Assembly (NCBI GenBank): GCA_017499595.2
Contig: CM038998.1
Coordinates: 4,588,001-4,652,000, forward strand
Source of the DNA: Psilocybe cubensis
Taxonomy: Eukaryota
Reading direction: 5' to 3'
Length of the DNA: 64,000 nt
Part shown: positions 42,578 to 53,696 of the stretch, in pieces
Layout of the letters: every line of letters starts with the position of its first letter
Position numbering within the stretch: position 1 is the stretch's first letter
The notes under the pieces: generated by a model
Told to the model about the DNA's origin: nothing
Databases searched by the model: none
What the model saw: only the letters and a program-made list of their open reading frames with translations
Made by a program: the position numbers and the translations under genes

Positions 42578-42899
42578 AAGACTTACAGGACAACGAGCAG
42601 TGCGCGTTGAAAACGCGCGCGCGCGCACGGTGCATGCGCTGGCTGAATCGATGGCCGCGGCGTGATGGGATTGATGGTGATGATCAATTTGATCACATCA
42701 ACACATCAATGATCTGCAACCCGAATCGGGAAATCACCCAGAAATAATGCGGGCGTCATCCAACGTCGCCCCGCCCCATCCACCCCGCCCGCTGTCCATA
42801 ACGTCGCGCAAACAATGCCGACGTGGTCTGCTCATCGAACCGACCCCAACGCATTTTTTCCCGCCCCAAACGGCCCCCCGAACAACGAGCTACGCCATT
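42578..42899 (-). repeat. Right inverted arm, inner part (interrupted by the Plavaka insertion)
   Basis: Reverse complement of about 40954-41275, apart from a 3-nt loop inversion. Confidence 0.95.
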
Positions 42900-43344
42900 T
42901 GTCGGAAACTTCCCAGGTGCATGATCAGGCCGATAATGCCGTTAATGCTAAATTTGTATGATAATGCCTGATCAGAATTGTAGTCGCATGATCATTAAGC
43001 ACCAACGTGATCAGGTAGGCCATGATCAGACAACAAATACCTGATAAGATGCATTTGACAAGATTAGGTGACCCGTAAAATGAGAAGAGTCAAACATGAT
43101 CAAAAGAATACAAGAGCGTTGCTTGCCTTTAACACATACCTATAAGCCAGATATTGTAATTACAGAGCATTCATTAAGAGGATGTACTTAGCGGGATTCG
43201 AACACATTACCTTGAAAGTTGTTAGATATACGTGAAAGACTTCTTACCTTTAAAACCACTGAGCCATTTAGCTGGATATTAACTGGTTAAAAAAGGTTAA
43301 CTCGTACCTTTGTAAACATTTAACTCTTGAAGGCGTCACTCTTT

Positions 43345-43416
43345 GCCTCGCAAGTCGGATGCGCCTTGCAAATCGGATACACCTCGCAAATTGGATATGC
43401 CTCACAAATCGGATGA
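43345..43416. repeat. 18-bp minisatellite, 4 imperfect copies
   Basis: GCCTCGCAAGTCGGATGC / GCCTTGCAAATCGGATAC / ACCTCGCAAATTGGATAT / GCCTCACAAATCGGATGA. Confidence 0.8.
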
Positions 43417-43549
43417 GATTGACTTTTGCTCTTACAGTAATACCCACAATTTGCAAGGGACTAATAGCAGTCGGATAATGACAGTAAGTTCAGTTTAAAA
43501 TCTACACTGGATGTACTAATATTATCAATAGGACATCGACAATAATAAG

Positions 43550-45843
43550 TTATTTCCGTCCTCTTTTTCCAGAACCCCGGGACCGCGTTGAAGACTTCCC
43601 ACCTCGTTGCGTGCCTGGGTCATGACTGGTGGGAGAGGAATCATTGGCATTGTCATCGGAATGATGGGAGGCATTGATTGTGTGAAAAGAAGTATGGGCT
43701 GGAAATCTTTCTTCCACGGCTAGACGAGAAGCTATAGCTCTGGACTCGGTGCGTGTTAACCGTTTTGTCAATGTTGCGACGGGTTCTGATGGATTGGCTT
43801 GAGAAGGTAGGGATTCCGTCAAAGGGTCGGCAAGTGTCAATGGATTGATAGTCGTCGGGTTGACATTGATATCATTGACAGAATCTAAAGTTGGATCGTT
43901 GCGGGGCTGTTCATTGAGTGGACGTGCGCCATCGTGATGTGGTTCTTTTTCAAAATTATCAGAGTACTCCGCATCTGTAGTCGGACCATGGATAGGAACA
44001 AGTACTATAAGCCAGTATAAATTAGTACAGTATTAACAAACATAGTCACAAAAGTTGAATTTATGACTTACAATCTGAGCGCATATCTTGACCTTCAATA
44101 TCGTTGTCTGCATCCTCCGTTTCATCGAAATCTTCTCGATCAAATGCATCAGAATATGAAGACACAGCAAATTCAGATTCTTCTTCAAGACGCAGACGCT
44201 CCATGTCTCGCTCAATTTCGGCAGCTTGATCTAATTCAATAACCTCTCCATCACCATCGTGTCCAGATTGTCCATGTGCCGAAATATTGACAGCAAATAC
44301 TTCACTGTCCCACTCTTTGAGAAGTCTAACAACATACCCTGCAGTTGCCGGATTTGCATGAAGTTGGGTGAGGTACATTTTGTAATAATTGATCTCGGCA
44401 TTGTAGTCAATCTTCGTATCGGGTCCAATTCCTGACCCGCCAAACGATTTGTCGCTAGATAAAATATATCTGCACTGATAATAGATGAACGTTGTATATA
44501 ACAAATAAGGTAGACGGTCCAGCAACTTACAAATCCACAAATATTTGCAATTAGACCAAATGTAGTCTTTGCAGGCTTGTCCGACCCTAGATAAAAGCTT
44601 GAGGCCCGAGACACAGCATTGTCCTTGTCCATAGCGGATGTCTTTCCAAAAAGCGTAGCACGAGCAGTCTACAACAAGCCACCATAGTTAGTGTGAGCTT
44701 TGTAATTAAAAAAAATAAGCAAGTAACTGTTCATACCATATATAGAGACCTGTTTCGAAATCTATGTTCAACACGGGAGGTATCACCATTTTTACACAGA
44801 ATAGGTGGAAAGCGAGCATAAGCCTTTTCGGGTGAGGCCTTTCCTGCTTCCGAGTTAGCAAATGCGACATTAAATCCCAAAAGCTTCTGAATTTCCGGCA
44901 TCTTGATTCGTTGGGATGTAAATTTAGGATCAAAGTAATGTGTCGGAAGGCCAAAAATACTGGCTGCACAAGACGTTCGAAGCATTGATAATGATGTGGA
45001 CCGACCAGCACTGAGTCCCTCCCTAAACTGTCGATGTAATTTGCACCCATTCAACAAAACATTAGCATTCTATCGACAACTCGTTTAATTTAGAATATTA
45101 ATGACTTACCAATCGGAGAAATGTTTTACCCTTTGAGCTAGACGCCAACCGCATGATTGGATGATACTTGGAGGGAATGTGCTCGTAAAGCTCTAGAGTT
45201 GCTCCAATAGCCTCATTAGCTGGTGATTTGTAGCGCTCAACGCTGTCCAAGGCAAATGATGCAGTAGGTAATGTTGGAGAAAACATGGCAGGTGTAACAA
45301 AGAGATTGTAAAACAGTCCAAAATACCGCCCCCATTTTTTCACATCCAGCGCCATATCTGTCACAGCAGGGTCTACTTCGGATGAAATTGGGTCTACAAT
45401 AGTGCCTGGAATACTTGCATTTTTAGCATTCTGCACGCGCTTTGGTTGACGTGTGAGCTGTAGCTTTAAATCTGCAACCTCAGCTTTAAGCTGTGAGTTT
45501 GCAGTCTGTAGAGACGAGTAGTCCTTTTGCAGTGTACAGTAGGCCTATAATATGTCAAAGTGATTCATTTTCTGTTATTCTATACAGAAGTGTGAATGAA
45601 CTGCACCTTATAGAGCTGTGTCATGTCTAGAAATTGAGGAACAGCAAAAGATTCTGAAGGATTATTTGATAGCAAGGAAGCGTTGGAAGAAGAAGTATCT
45701 AGTGGGAGTAATGTTCCGGGATCTGTAGCAAGTCCTGGCATTGAATCCACAATAAGAGGAGGAGTGCTAGTACGTGATAGCATTGGGTGATTGCCAGATG
45801 TACTTCTAGCAGAGCTTGGACCTTGGATACGACGACGGGCCAT
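43550..45843 (-). CDS. Transposon accessory gene of unknown function (multi-exon; coiled coil, conserved core, acidic/disordered tail)
   Basis: Spliceable exons MARRRIQ..., KKWGRYFGLFYNLF, YARFPPIL, ARATLFGKTSA, TTFGLIA, RYILSSDKSF..GPDTKIDY and LLKEWDSEVF, ending GKRGRK*. The gene lies wholly between the TIRs. Confidence 0.75.
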
Positions 45844-46535
45844 CACTTTTATGTAGTTAGATTATGTCTACATATGCCTTTGGCTTGTTTTTTTATAAGA
45901 GCTTCCCTTCTACCCGCTTCCAAATTAACTATAAACAATGTCTTCTATCTACTGATAATGAGGTAGATGTGAAAGTATTGTATTTTAGAACAGTCTGAGA
46001 CACATGCTGCTTGGAAGCGCATGCAATATGATTAGCAGATAAGCATGTTGTAGCTACACACCATTTTGATCAATGCACCCGGTTGATAGTGAAGGGATTC
46101 TCAATTTATTAATTCATCACTAATGCACATGAAATTGCATTGACACCACATGAGCAACTATCTATTGAGACCTCCACCTGATATGTGAGCGCATTCTAAC
46201 ATGATAGAATGCTATTCTATACTACAAATTAATTGAATCTATGTTTAATTTGTTGAATTTAGCCATGCCGCTCTCCAAACGCCTGTTACCATGTGCAATT
46301 GATTTGTTCTAAGTCAACTTTCTCACGGCTGTGAACTTTCTCACGATGTCGCATTCTTCTTTACTTGCATTTCAGGATGTGCCGATGTGTTACCGTTGGG
46401 CCAAAATTAAGTCTTTCAGTTTAATATGCCTAAATATATATGAAAGCGCAGCAAGTCTAAAGAAAATACCTTTATTTGGGGTGACCATTGACAAGTACAA
46501 AGGCAAGTGCAATTAATAGCAGGGCGGACAGTATA

Positions 46536-49500
46536 TTACACATTTGCATGATTAATCAATTCTACATGACCTAAATCTGGATTTAAGCGTTCCCACATAT
46601 CCTGATCAATGAGATCGTTGACCAAAAATTCTGATCCAGTGACATCCGTGCTGTGATTTTTGGATAAAAGTGCACCCCGAATGATTGTATCAGCATGTAT
46701 GAAAACAGCTGATGATCTTGGCCGAGACCGAACCCTGATTAATCCCAAGTCTATGTCGCGTCGGCGAGCCAATAAGGATCGGGGGACATCCATAGGCAAG
46801 GCTAGTGCCATATAATATGTTTGATTATGTAGCTCGATACCAAATAGATACAAAAGCTGCACAAAAATGCATTGCTTTTGATCAACCTTGATAAGGGCAA
46901 AGTCATATCTTTCTTTATGATGGAATTTGGGATTTGTTCGGAGTATATTGCTTTCTACCCGCCAGTCAATGAGTGATTCATAGAATACCTCAATAGACTG
47001 ATAGGGTGTGATCTAAGTATTGAGAAATTTGATGTTAGTTCAATGCTTCAAACTGCATGCAAAAGTCTAAGTCTGATAAAGGTTAAACACTTACTGGATG
47101 ATCTGTACTCAACAAAACTCTACTTCCAACGGTTTGTGAGAGTGATTGACCCAGCCTTCGTCGGAATAAATTAAATGCAGTGTCTTGTGAGTGGATAGTT
47201 TCCAGCTCAAGTTCAGACAATGTAATGGTAGGAAGCTTTGATCCAAGATGTATATGGTCATTTCCAGGCTTAGATTTTGCTGGCAGGTCTAGGCCGTCTC
47301 GTTCTTCTGCATCTTCTATATTTTTCTCCACAGAAACATCGAGTAAGTCTATTCCATCACGTACAATATTTGACACAAGATCCATTTCATTGACTTGGAG
47401 AATCTAACGAGTTAAAAAGATGTAGTGATTCAGTTATGTATCAGGTAATGCTCACATAAAATAACACAGTTCATGGCTTACTTGTGGTGCTACATTCTTG
47501 AAATTGGTATGATTCTGATAGAACTTTTTCAATGGTCCGTTTGCCTTCTCATATGGCTTTGTATTATAGTTGCGAGTTACGCCTTTATTAAGAATGTCGT
47601 CAAATATATGCTGGTGCGTGTGTGTCTTGGGAAAATTCCAAGACTTCTCTGGACTTTCAGATGCATACAACTATTTTGTTAAAATTTTGTGACAAAGTAA
47701 GCCACAAACCAATATTTGTAAAAGAAACACACCTGAAGAGTTTTGTTGAATATTTCAAGATATTTCCGGCCATTACTGATTGTTGTTTCCGTTTGCAGAG
47801 TTAGTGAAGCAAACATTCGAAGGTTTAGGTAGCTCCGAATTAGCCGTAGTAGTAAGTATCCACGTGGAGAAGCTTCAGCAGTCAGCACATGTTGAGCAGC
47901 AAAAATGATAACCTTGGATAGGTGTTCAAACTTTCGTCCATCAGACATTTCTCCGGTTTTATTTAGTGCATCAAAGTGGTTGAGTGCAGGCCATGGGGGA
48001 ATACTTTGCAGACCAAGATCTACACCAACCTCAGCATCTCTACCTAGATCCCTAAGCACTGCTTTTAGCTCCACCAACATATGTGATTTGAATAGTCCCC
48101 CATCATAAGCATGTAGCACATCAAAGGAGAGTGCTTTGTATATATCGGTTCGGTTTATATCCCAGAATACATTCTAGAAACATAAAATATAATTTCAGCA
48201 CAAGAGTAAACAATCACCCTGCTAATGGGCGCTTATTTGAAATATACCATAACATCTGTAATCCCATATGATTTAAGCAGATCTTCGCTCTCTGTTGCAT
48301 TTAAACTTTGGGAATGAATGTAAATTTGACGCATTTGAGAGGTTGTGCGTCGAGGATACACAGTTGAAAGGTTGGAAAGCTCGGAATTTGGAACTAAACA
48401 AATTGGGCAAGGAAACAGTCCTGTTCGACCTCGTGTCAATGCCATCATTGTCCTGTCAATAAAATTATAAATTAGTTATGCTACAGAACTCTACTTTTAT
48501 AATACAGCTTACTGTTCTTCGTAGTCAGCAGATATTGAGAGAATATGAGGAAAGATATTTCGAGTCTTTCCATCACCACACTTGATTGCAGCTCCAAAGG
48601 TTGCTGGCGCTTCAATTGACTGTAGAATTTTGTGTACGGCCTTATGCCAAATTAACCGTTTAAGGTCAACGTAGCTGGCTTTGTGAGTATGGGCTGAATC
48701 CTCGTCTGGCTATAATGAGAGAAGTTCAAATAATATTAGCAAAGATATGGGCTATTTGAGAGACATTGAATCATGTAACAAAATAGAGACATACAATGGG
48801 TAACCAGCCAATAAGTCGACCTCCTCCAACTCCAGTTCCATTCCGAATATCAACAGGAAGGTTTGCACATCGTACCATGACAGGATAGCCTTTGACTGTT
48901 CCAAAGGATGATAATTGGGATTTATCTGCCCAAGGATTGATGAACATTACACTAGCGTCATTTGGAATGTCTGGCCGTGACTTTGACATATCAAACATTT
49001 TGTGAGTAAATAGACTTGATTCTCAATGAAGTATTAGAATTTTGATACCTGGATGTCCCACCAAGTGTTCGCAGTCCACGGCTCATCAATTATCCGCTCA
49101 AACCTCTCTCCTTTATACATGAACAACTGTTCTGCATTCCAGTGAAACCTTCGGACAAGTGCTGGATCCAAAAGAAGTTCACGGCACCATTCCCATAGGG
49201 GACGGTACCACACATTGTAGGTAAGGCTTTCACCCTTGTAATCGACCGAAATGGGAGTCTTGATAAACTAAACCAGTTTCCAACAGGTGAATAATGAATT
49301 GTTAAATAAAGTTGCAGTGTGCACGTACTCCCTGTGCACGGGTTTCCCGTGCAAAAGTCCATATTTGAGTTAAATCGGCATCATTTTTCAGTGTGAATTC
49401 ATTCGGTGATGCGATGGCTTGATGAATTAGAGCGATAAGCACCTCTAACTGATTATGGCTCAGATGGGCGCTAAGAAATATCTCTGCAAACTCGAAGTCA

Positions 49501-50142
49501 AGACGTGTACGGAACGGGCGCCAAGGCCTCTGGTCCACATTGACCGAGTTTAATGGTGAGTTGCCTTCGCTTTCAAGCTCGCAGTATTCGTCAAAAGTAT
49601 AATTTGCATCTGGCATTTGGGAGCTTGGGTGATACTTAATGTGTATGTCTTGAAATTGGGGAGTGTCAGTGCTGCGAGCTTGCTCAAAATTGACGTCTAA
49701 TTCAGAATCCTCTTTTACAACATCATCAGTAGCTTCTTATCTGTTTTTCTCTCAATTAAATAGTGCTTACCTTCGGAGAATATATTCGGAAAGTTGGGTA
49801 CTTCTGGTAATATACCGGCCTTGTGATAGTTGTTTGGATGTTGTTGTTGAGCAATTCGGATAGCATCATCAACTATTAGAAATACAAGCATTAGAAATAT
49901 GTATGCACAGAAGTAGATACCATCTTTCCATTTCTGCCCTCTTGCTCAGCAAGAGCAACAAATTCCGTGTCGATTTCCGGTGCGTGACGGTTTGAATTGG
50001 CTGGATTGAGTGCGCATCGTCGTTCATGAGCTCCAATTCCGCGAGGAAGGTACATGTTTGTGCACCAGGTGCACTCAACACGACCAGGATCTGCATGAGA
50101 CATCATGTGCCCTTTAGATTGAGATGTTTTACGAGGAGGCAT
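46536..50142 (-). CDS. Plavaka-family DDE transposase (multi-exon)
   Basis: PWRPFRTRLDFEFAE, YRPLWEWCRELL, DEPWTANTWW, WADKSQLSSFG..GYPV, LSISADYEEQ, FPCPICLVP, LSFDVLH, WNFPKTH, NYNTKPYEK and RYDFALI. Exons from about 49735 to the stop splice in frame without stops. The phase of the first exon (CxxC...H...C finger) was not cleanly resolved. Confidence 0.9.
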
Positions 50143-50739
50143 AATATTTGGTAAGAGGCTTGTAAGAGAGAAGATAAGGGCGCTATTTGTTCATTTAAGA
50201 AAGCACACATTCCACTGTAATTTATACTTTTCTATGTCTTAAGAAATTGAGTTACATTAAGCTAGAAGAGTTCTATACCTTCTCTAGAAGTTTACATGTC
50301 TACTTTCTTGTGGAACTAAGTGTTCTAAGCATGCTAAACTTTGTAGATGACAAAAAATCGAAGCCATTAAAGGCATTTAAAGTGTTCTATTGTCCATTTT
50401 ATTTGTGTTTAGTATTGTGATATACAATCTAATCATACAACCTAGTGCACAGATTGCCCGTAGAAGCATAATGTGTGGTGCTATTAGGGTTTTTGGTATG
50501 CTTAAACAACTCCAAAGTCTCTAGCAATCGTTTCCTCACGTCGTCTATGACAAGTCCCTAGTGTACGTTATCTTATCTTAAGGTCATTTATAACATCACA
50601 CTGCTCTTAGCATTAACAGGAGGCGGTCTCGCTTATCATACCACGTTGTGCATTTTAGCCCATTAACAATGATCTGATCAGTAAAATTGGGGCAATGATC
50701 AGACTAACGCCTGAAAAGGCGATCTAGAGGTTTCCGACA

Positions 50740-50893
50740 TTTTTCGCGCCCGGCGGGGCCCCGCTCACTGTGTTTGGGGTTTGTTTGGCCGTATTGACCA
50801 TTGCCCAGCTGAAGACTTCAATTGTGGCACCTGGCAGTTGCCAGCGTAGATACTTCCCATACACCTGGCAACTGCCAGGGTACGAAGGCTTCA
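50740..50893 (-). repeat. Right inverted arm, outer part
   Basis: Reverse complement of 40803-40955, with two substitutions and one indel, all in the outermost ~30 bp. Confidence 0.95.
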
Positions 50894-51843
50894 GGGCGCT
50901 ACTACAGGTGATGATAATGGTTTTTCTGGAAACATGATCAAAAGGTACCCTCGTGGTTCTGATTCAATGAAGATCACGGACACAATTCTTTGTTCAACAT
51001 TTTATATCTATAGTTATCGTCGCAGTTTTTCGTTCCGCATATGGGGGAGATACTGCCATCTAATCTGAGTCCATACATCTTTGCTGTCATATGGATGATT
51101 GTGTATGCTTGCGCAGCGTTGTGTGTGGCACTTGACACTGTAATAAAAATAGGCCGGCTTACAGATGATTAATGAGGCCGGACGTCCTTCAAGAGAGACT
51201 TACAGTCCTAACACCTCTCCCAAGCCATATATTGACGCAATATATGCAGAATCAAACTAAAAGGCGCTTTTAGGTGTCTCATGCTGGACGGTCTGGCATC
51301 CGGGAGGGCCAAGCCATACGACATAAGTGGTTAAAAACAAGGGATACATGTTACATGTCAATTATAGATGGGCAGACAACATGATAAAAAAACCACCTAT
51401 CCCCAGTGATCGAGTTCTGCTCATTGTATCTAAGCATTTTCTGACCTAAAAATATTAAAGAGTTGGAACAATCATAGATTCATCATTACAGGGCCGCATA
51501 TCACAGACACACAACAAGTCAAGAAAGTTGTACAAGGAGCCGATCGCAATCCATGCCAGATGGGTACAACGCTACAGAAGTGGACAAAATAAACGGCTCC
51601 TAAAAGAGTTGATTGGTTACCTGAATGATCTGAGGTAGGACAACCCTACTATTCAGCGTTCATCACAAAAATACAGTGCCGAGCCATGGTAAATATGAAA
51701 AGATGAAAATGTCCACAACAAATGACTGATGGGAAAGAGGAGCACTGGCAAACCAAGACAGTACTCATCGTACCCAGCAGCCATACATCAGACACGACAC
51801 GCTCACAGATATATGATTTGAGATGCAACTCGATCCGAAGAAG

Positions 51844-53696
51844 TTACGATTTCCCGCCAATGGACTGCCCGGAAAGCCGTTTCCTGGATGATTACACGCT
51901 TAGGCATACGTTGGAGGGAAGAAAATAAATGAAGCACGTACATATTCATATTCATTTCAGCTATAAGCTTCTGCAGGTTTCCGATTTCTTTCCTTACAGC
52001 GCTCAGCTCGCTCTGGACCTCCTCAATATTTTTGTTTTGCTTAGTTGCATAGCGTTCCTGTGCCCGCTTTATCTCAGCAATGTCAGTTTCGAATTGCTTT
52101 GCCACATTTCCCAGACCGTCCTTTAGAGCCAAAAAGTCTTTGTCTTGATTATCGGCCATGCCTTTCAGTTCCGAGCTAACGCTAGAAAACTGGCCCTGTT
52201 GATGAGCATCGAGTTCCGTAAGAAAATTCTGTAGAACATCGAAACGACCGCGGCTCGCATTCTTTGCGTCTTCAATGAGAACCTCCATACTTGCAATGTC
52301 TTGTTGATGAGACCCTGATAGATCGTCAAACTGATGAAAATACTTGGATTAGAAACCGTGAGCTCATTGAACGAGGTCTCTCGCTAACCTTCTCTTGAAG
52401 TGTGTTGTGTATTTCACGTCGGAATTCATCCGAGAATACCATCAGATCGTCAACGACTTCCCGCGTAAGCTTCAGACCTTCTTCGACTTCGAGATGGGCC
52501 ATGGGCCACAGTTGCAGGCCTTCTCCTTCGGAGAACGAGAGAAGGAATTTTCCGTCTGGGGAGAATCGTACAATTTTAACGCGATCAACAGCGATCTGGG
52601 TGCCCAGCTGTCCACGAGTGGCAACGCTCCATACTCGTATGGTTCCATCGTTCGAGCCACTGGCAATGTATTTTCCATCAGGAGAGATGGAGATTGTTTT
52701 GACTAAGCGCTCGTGACCATAAATCGGAGCACCATCCTCCTTTCCAGTTCGTGAGTCCCATATGCGGATCGACTTCTCACCACAGGAAGCGATGCGCTGA
52801 CCCCCCGGAAACCAGGAGAAGGCATGTGCGTAGATGCTATGACCTACCATCTCGTTTGTCTGCTCTCCAGTGTAAGTGTTAAAAATGCGAATCTTCTTAT
52901 CTAAGGTGCACGTAACCGCAATGACACCAGAATGGGAAGGTGAGAATTGGATAGAGGTTATGGTACATCCGGGGATCCTAATAGCTCTTTTGGGATTCGA
53001 ATAGGCGTCGGTCTTAACTTCCCATATATTGGTCACACCGTCTGTGCCACTAGATGCCACGAGCATGGGGTACGCAGTTGAGCTAAATGCTACAGAAAGA
53101 ATTCCAGAGGATCCGCTGAAGGGGCCAGCAAACAAGACCTTGTGGGTACGCCTGTCGGATTCCTTCCACAGAAGGACCTTGTTGTCGCTTCCTCCAGTAA
53201 CAACGTCGTTCCCAGTCTTGGACACAGCGACTGCGAGAGTGATATGGCTATGGCCAACGAATGGTTCACCATCTTCTTCCCCGCTTTCCAGGTCCCATAC
53301 TCTGGTTGAGTTGTCATCGTGGCCAGCTGTCACGATGCGCTTCCCGTCCGGAAAGAATGCTATCTCTTTGATAGAGCCGCGCCAGTCTTTCCATGGATAG
53401 TATCTTGTTGGCTGAAGAGGCGACTTGGGAGAAGTGGAAAGCATTACTGCACAGAAATGTGAGGAAAAGATAAGCGCCTGTACAAAGCGATAAAGTAAAA
53501 TGAACAGTATCGGAGTCGGAACCAACCCAATTGTACTGGATAAAGGCTCAATCCCGTGAGATTCCCGTGGGCATTCTGTCACTTTGAATGTGCTTCCGTA
53601 CCCAACATCCTCAGTTCGGGATAAAGGTTCCCACTGGATGCTTATTTGATCAACAGGAGGCTCATCTGTATCGACGGTAATGCCCATTTCGGTCAA
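51844..53696 (-). CDS. WD40-repeat (about 7 blades) protein with a C-terminal coiled coil; 5' end uncertain
   Basis: AFFPDGKRIVTAG..TRVWD, GHSHITLAVAVS..VLLW, GHSIYAHAFSWFPGG..IRIWD and GHERLVKTISISPDGKYIASGSNDGTIRVW; heptad-rich exon at 51803-52288. Confidence 0.85.

Larger units (their letters stand above)
42900..50739 (-). mobile_element. Full-length Plavaka-type DNA transposon (7840 bp) carrying two genes
   Basis: Perfect 10-bp TIR TGTCGGAAAC (42900-42909) / GTTTCCGACA (50730-50739) and clustered subterminal TGATCA motifs. Comparing the empty site CGCCATTTTTCGCG in the other arm shows a TT duplication. Encodes a Plavaka-like transposase. Confidence 0.9.
40786..50910. mobile_element. Non-autonomous DNA element with long inverted arms (about 2.3 kb without the nested insertion); superfamily unassigned
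   Basis: Inverted arms at 40803-41275 and 42578-42899 plus 50740-50893. The direct repeat GATGATAA at 40778-40785 and 50910-50917 flanks it. Read as a 7-bp TSD (ATGATAA), the termini are symmetric CA..TG. Confidence 0.8.

Noticed and set aside
40846-42971. Duplicated ORFs MRASSNVAPPHPPRP... as genes
   Set aside because: They are translations of the GC-rich inverted arms, and one is cut by the Plavaka insertion.
42900-50739. TET/JBP dioxygenase cargo in the Plavaka element
   Set aside because: No HxD...H...R 2OG-Fe(II) pattern was recognised in either gene.
40786-50910. Outer element as a DIRS retroelement or Polinton
   Set aside because: No tyrosine recombinase, RT, polymerase or integrase remnants and no internal complementary region were found. 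A flanking direct repeat of 7-8 bp is present.
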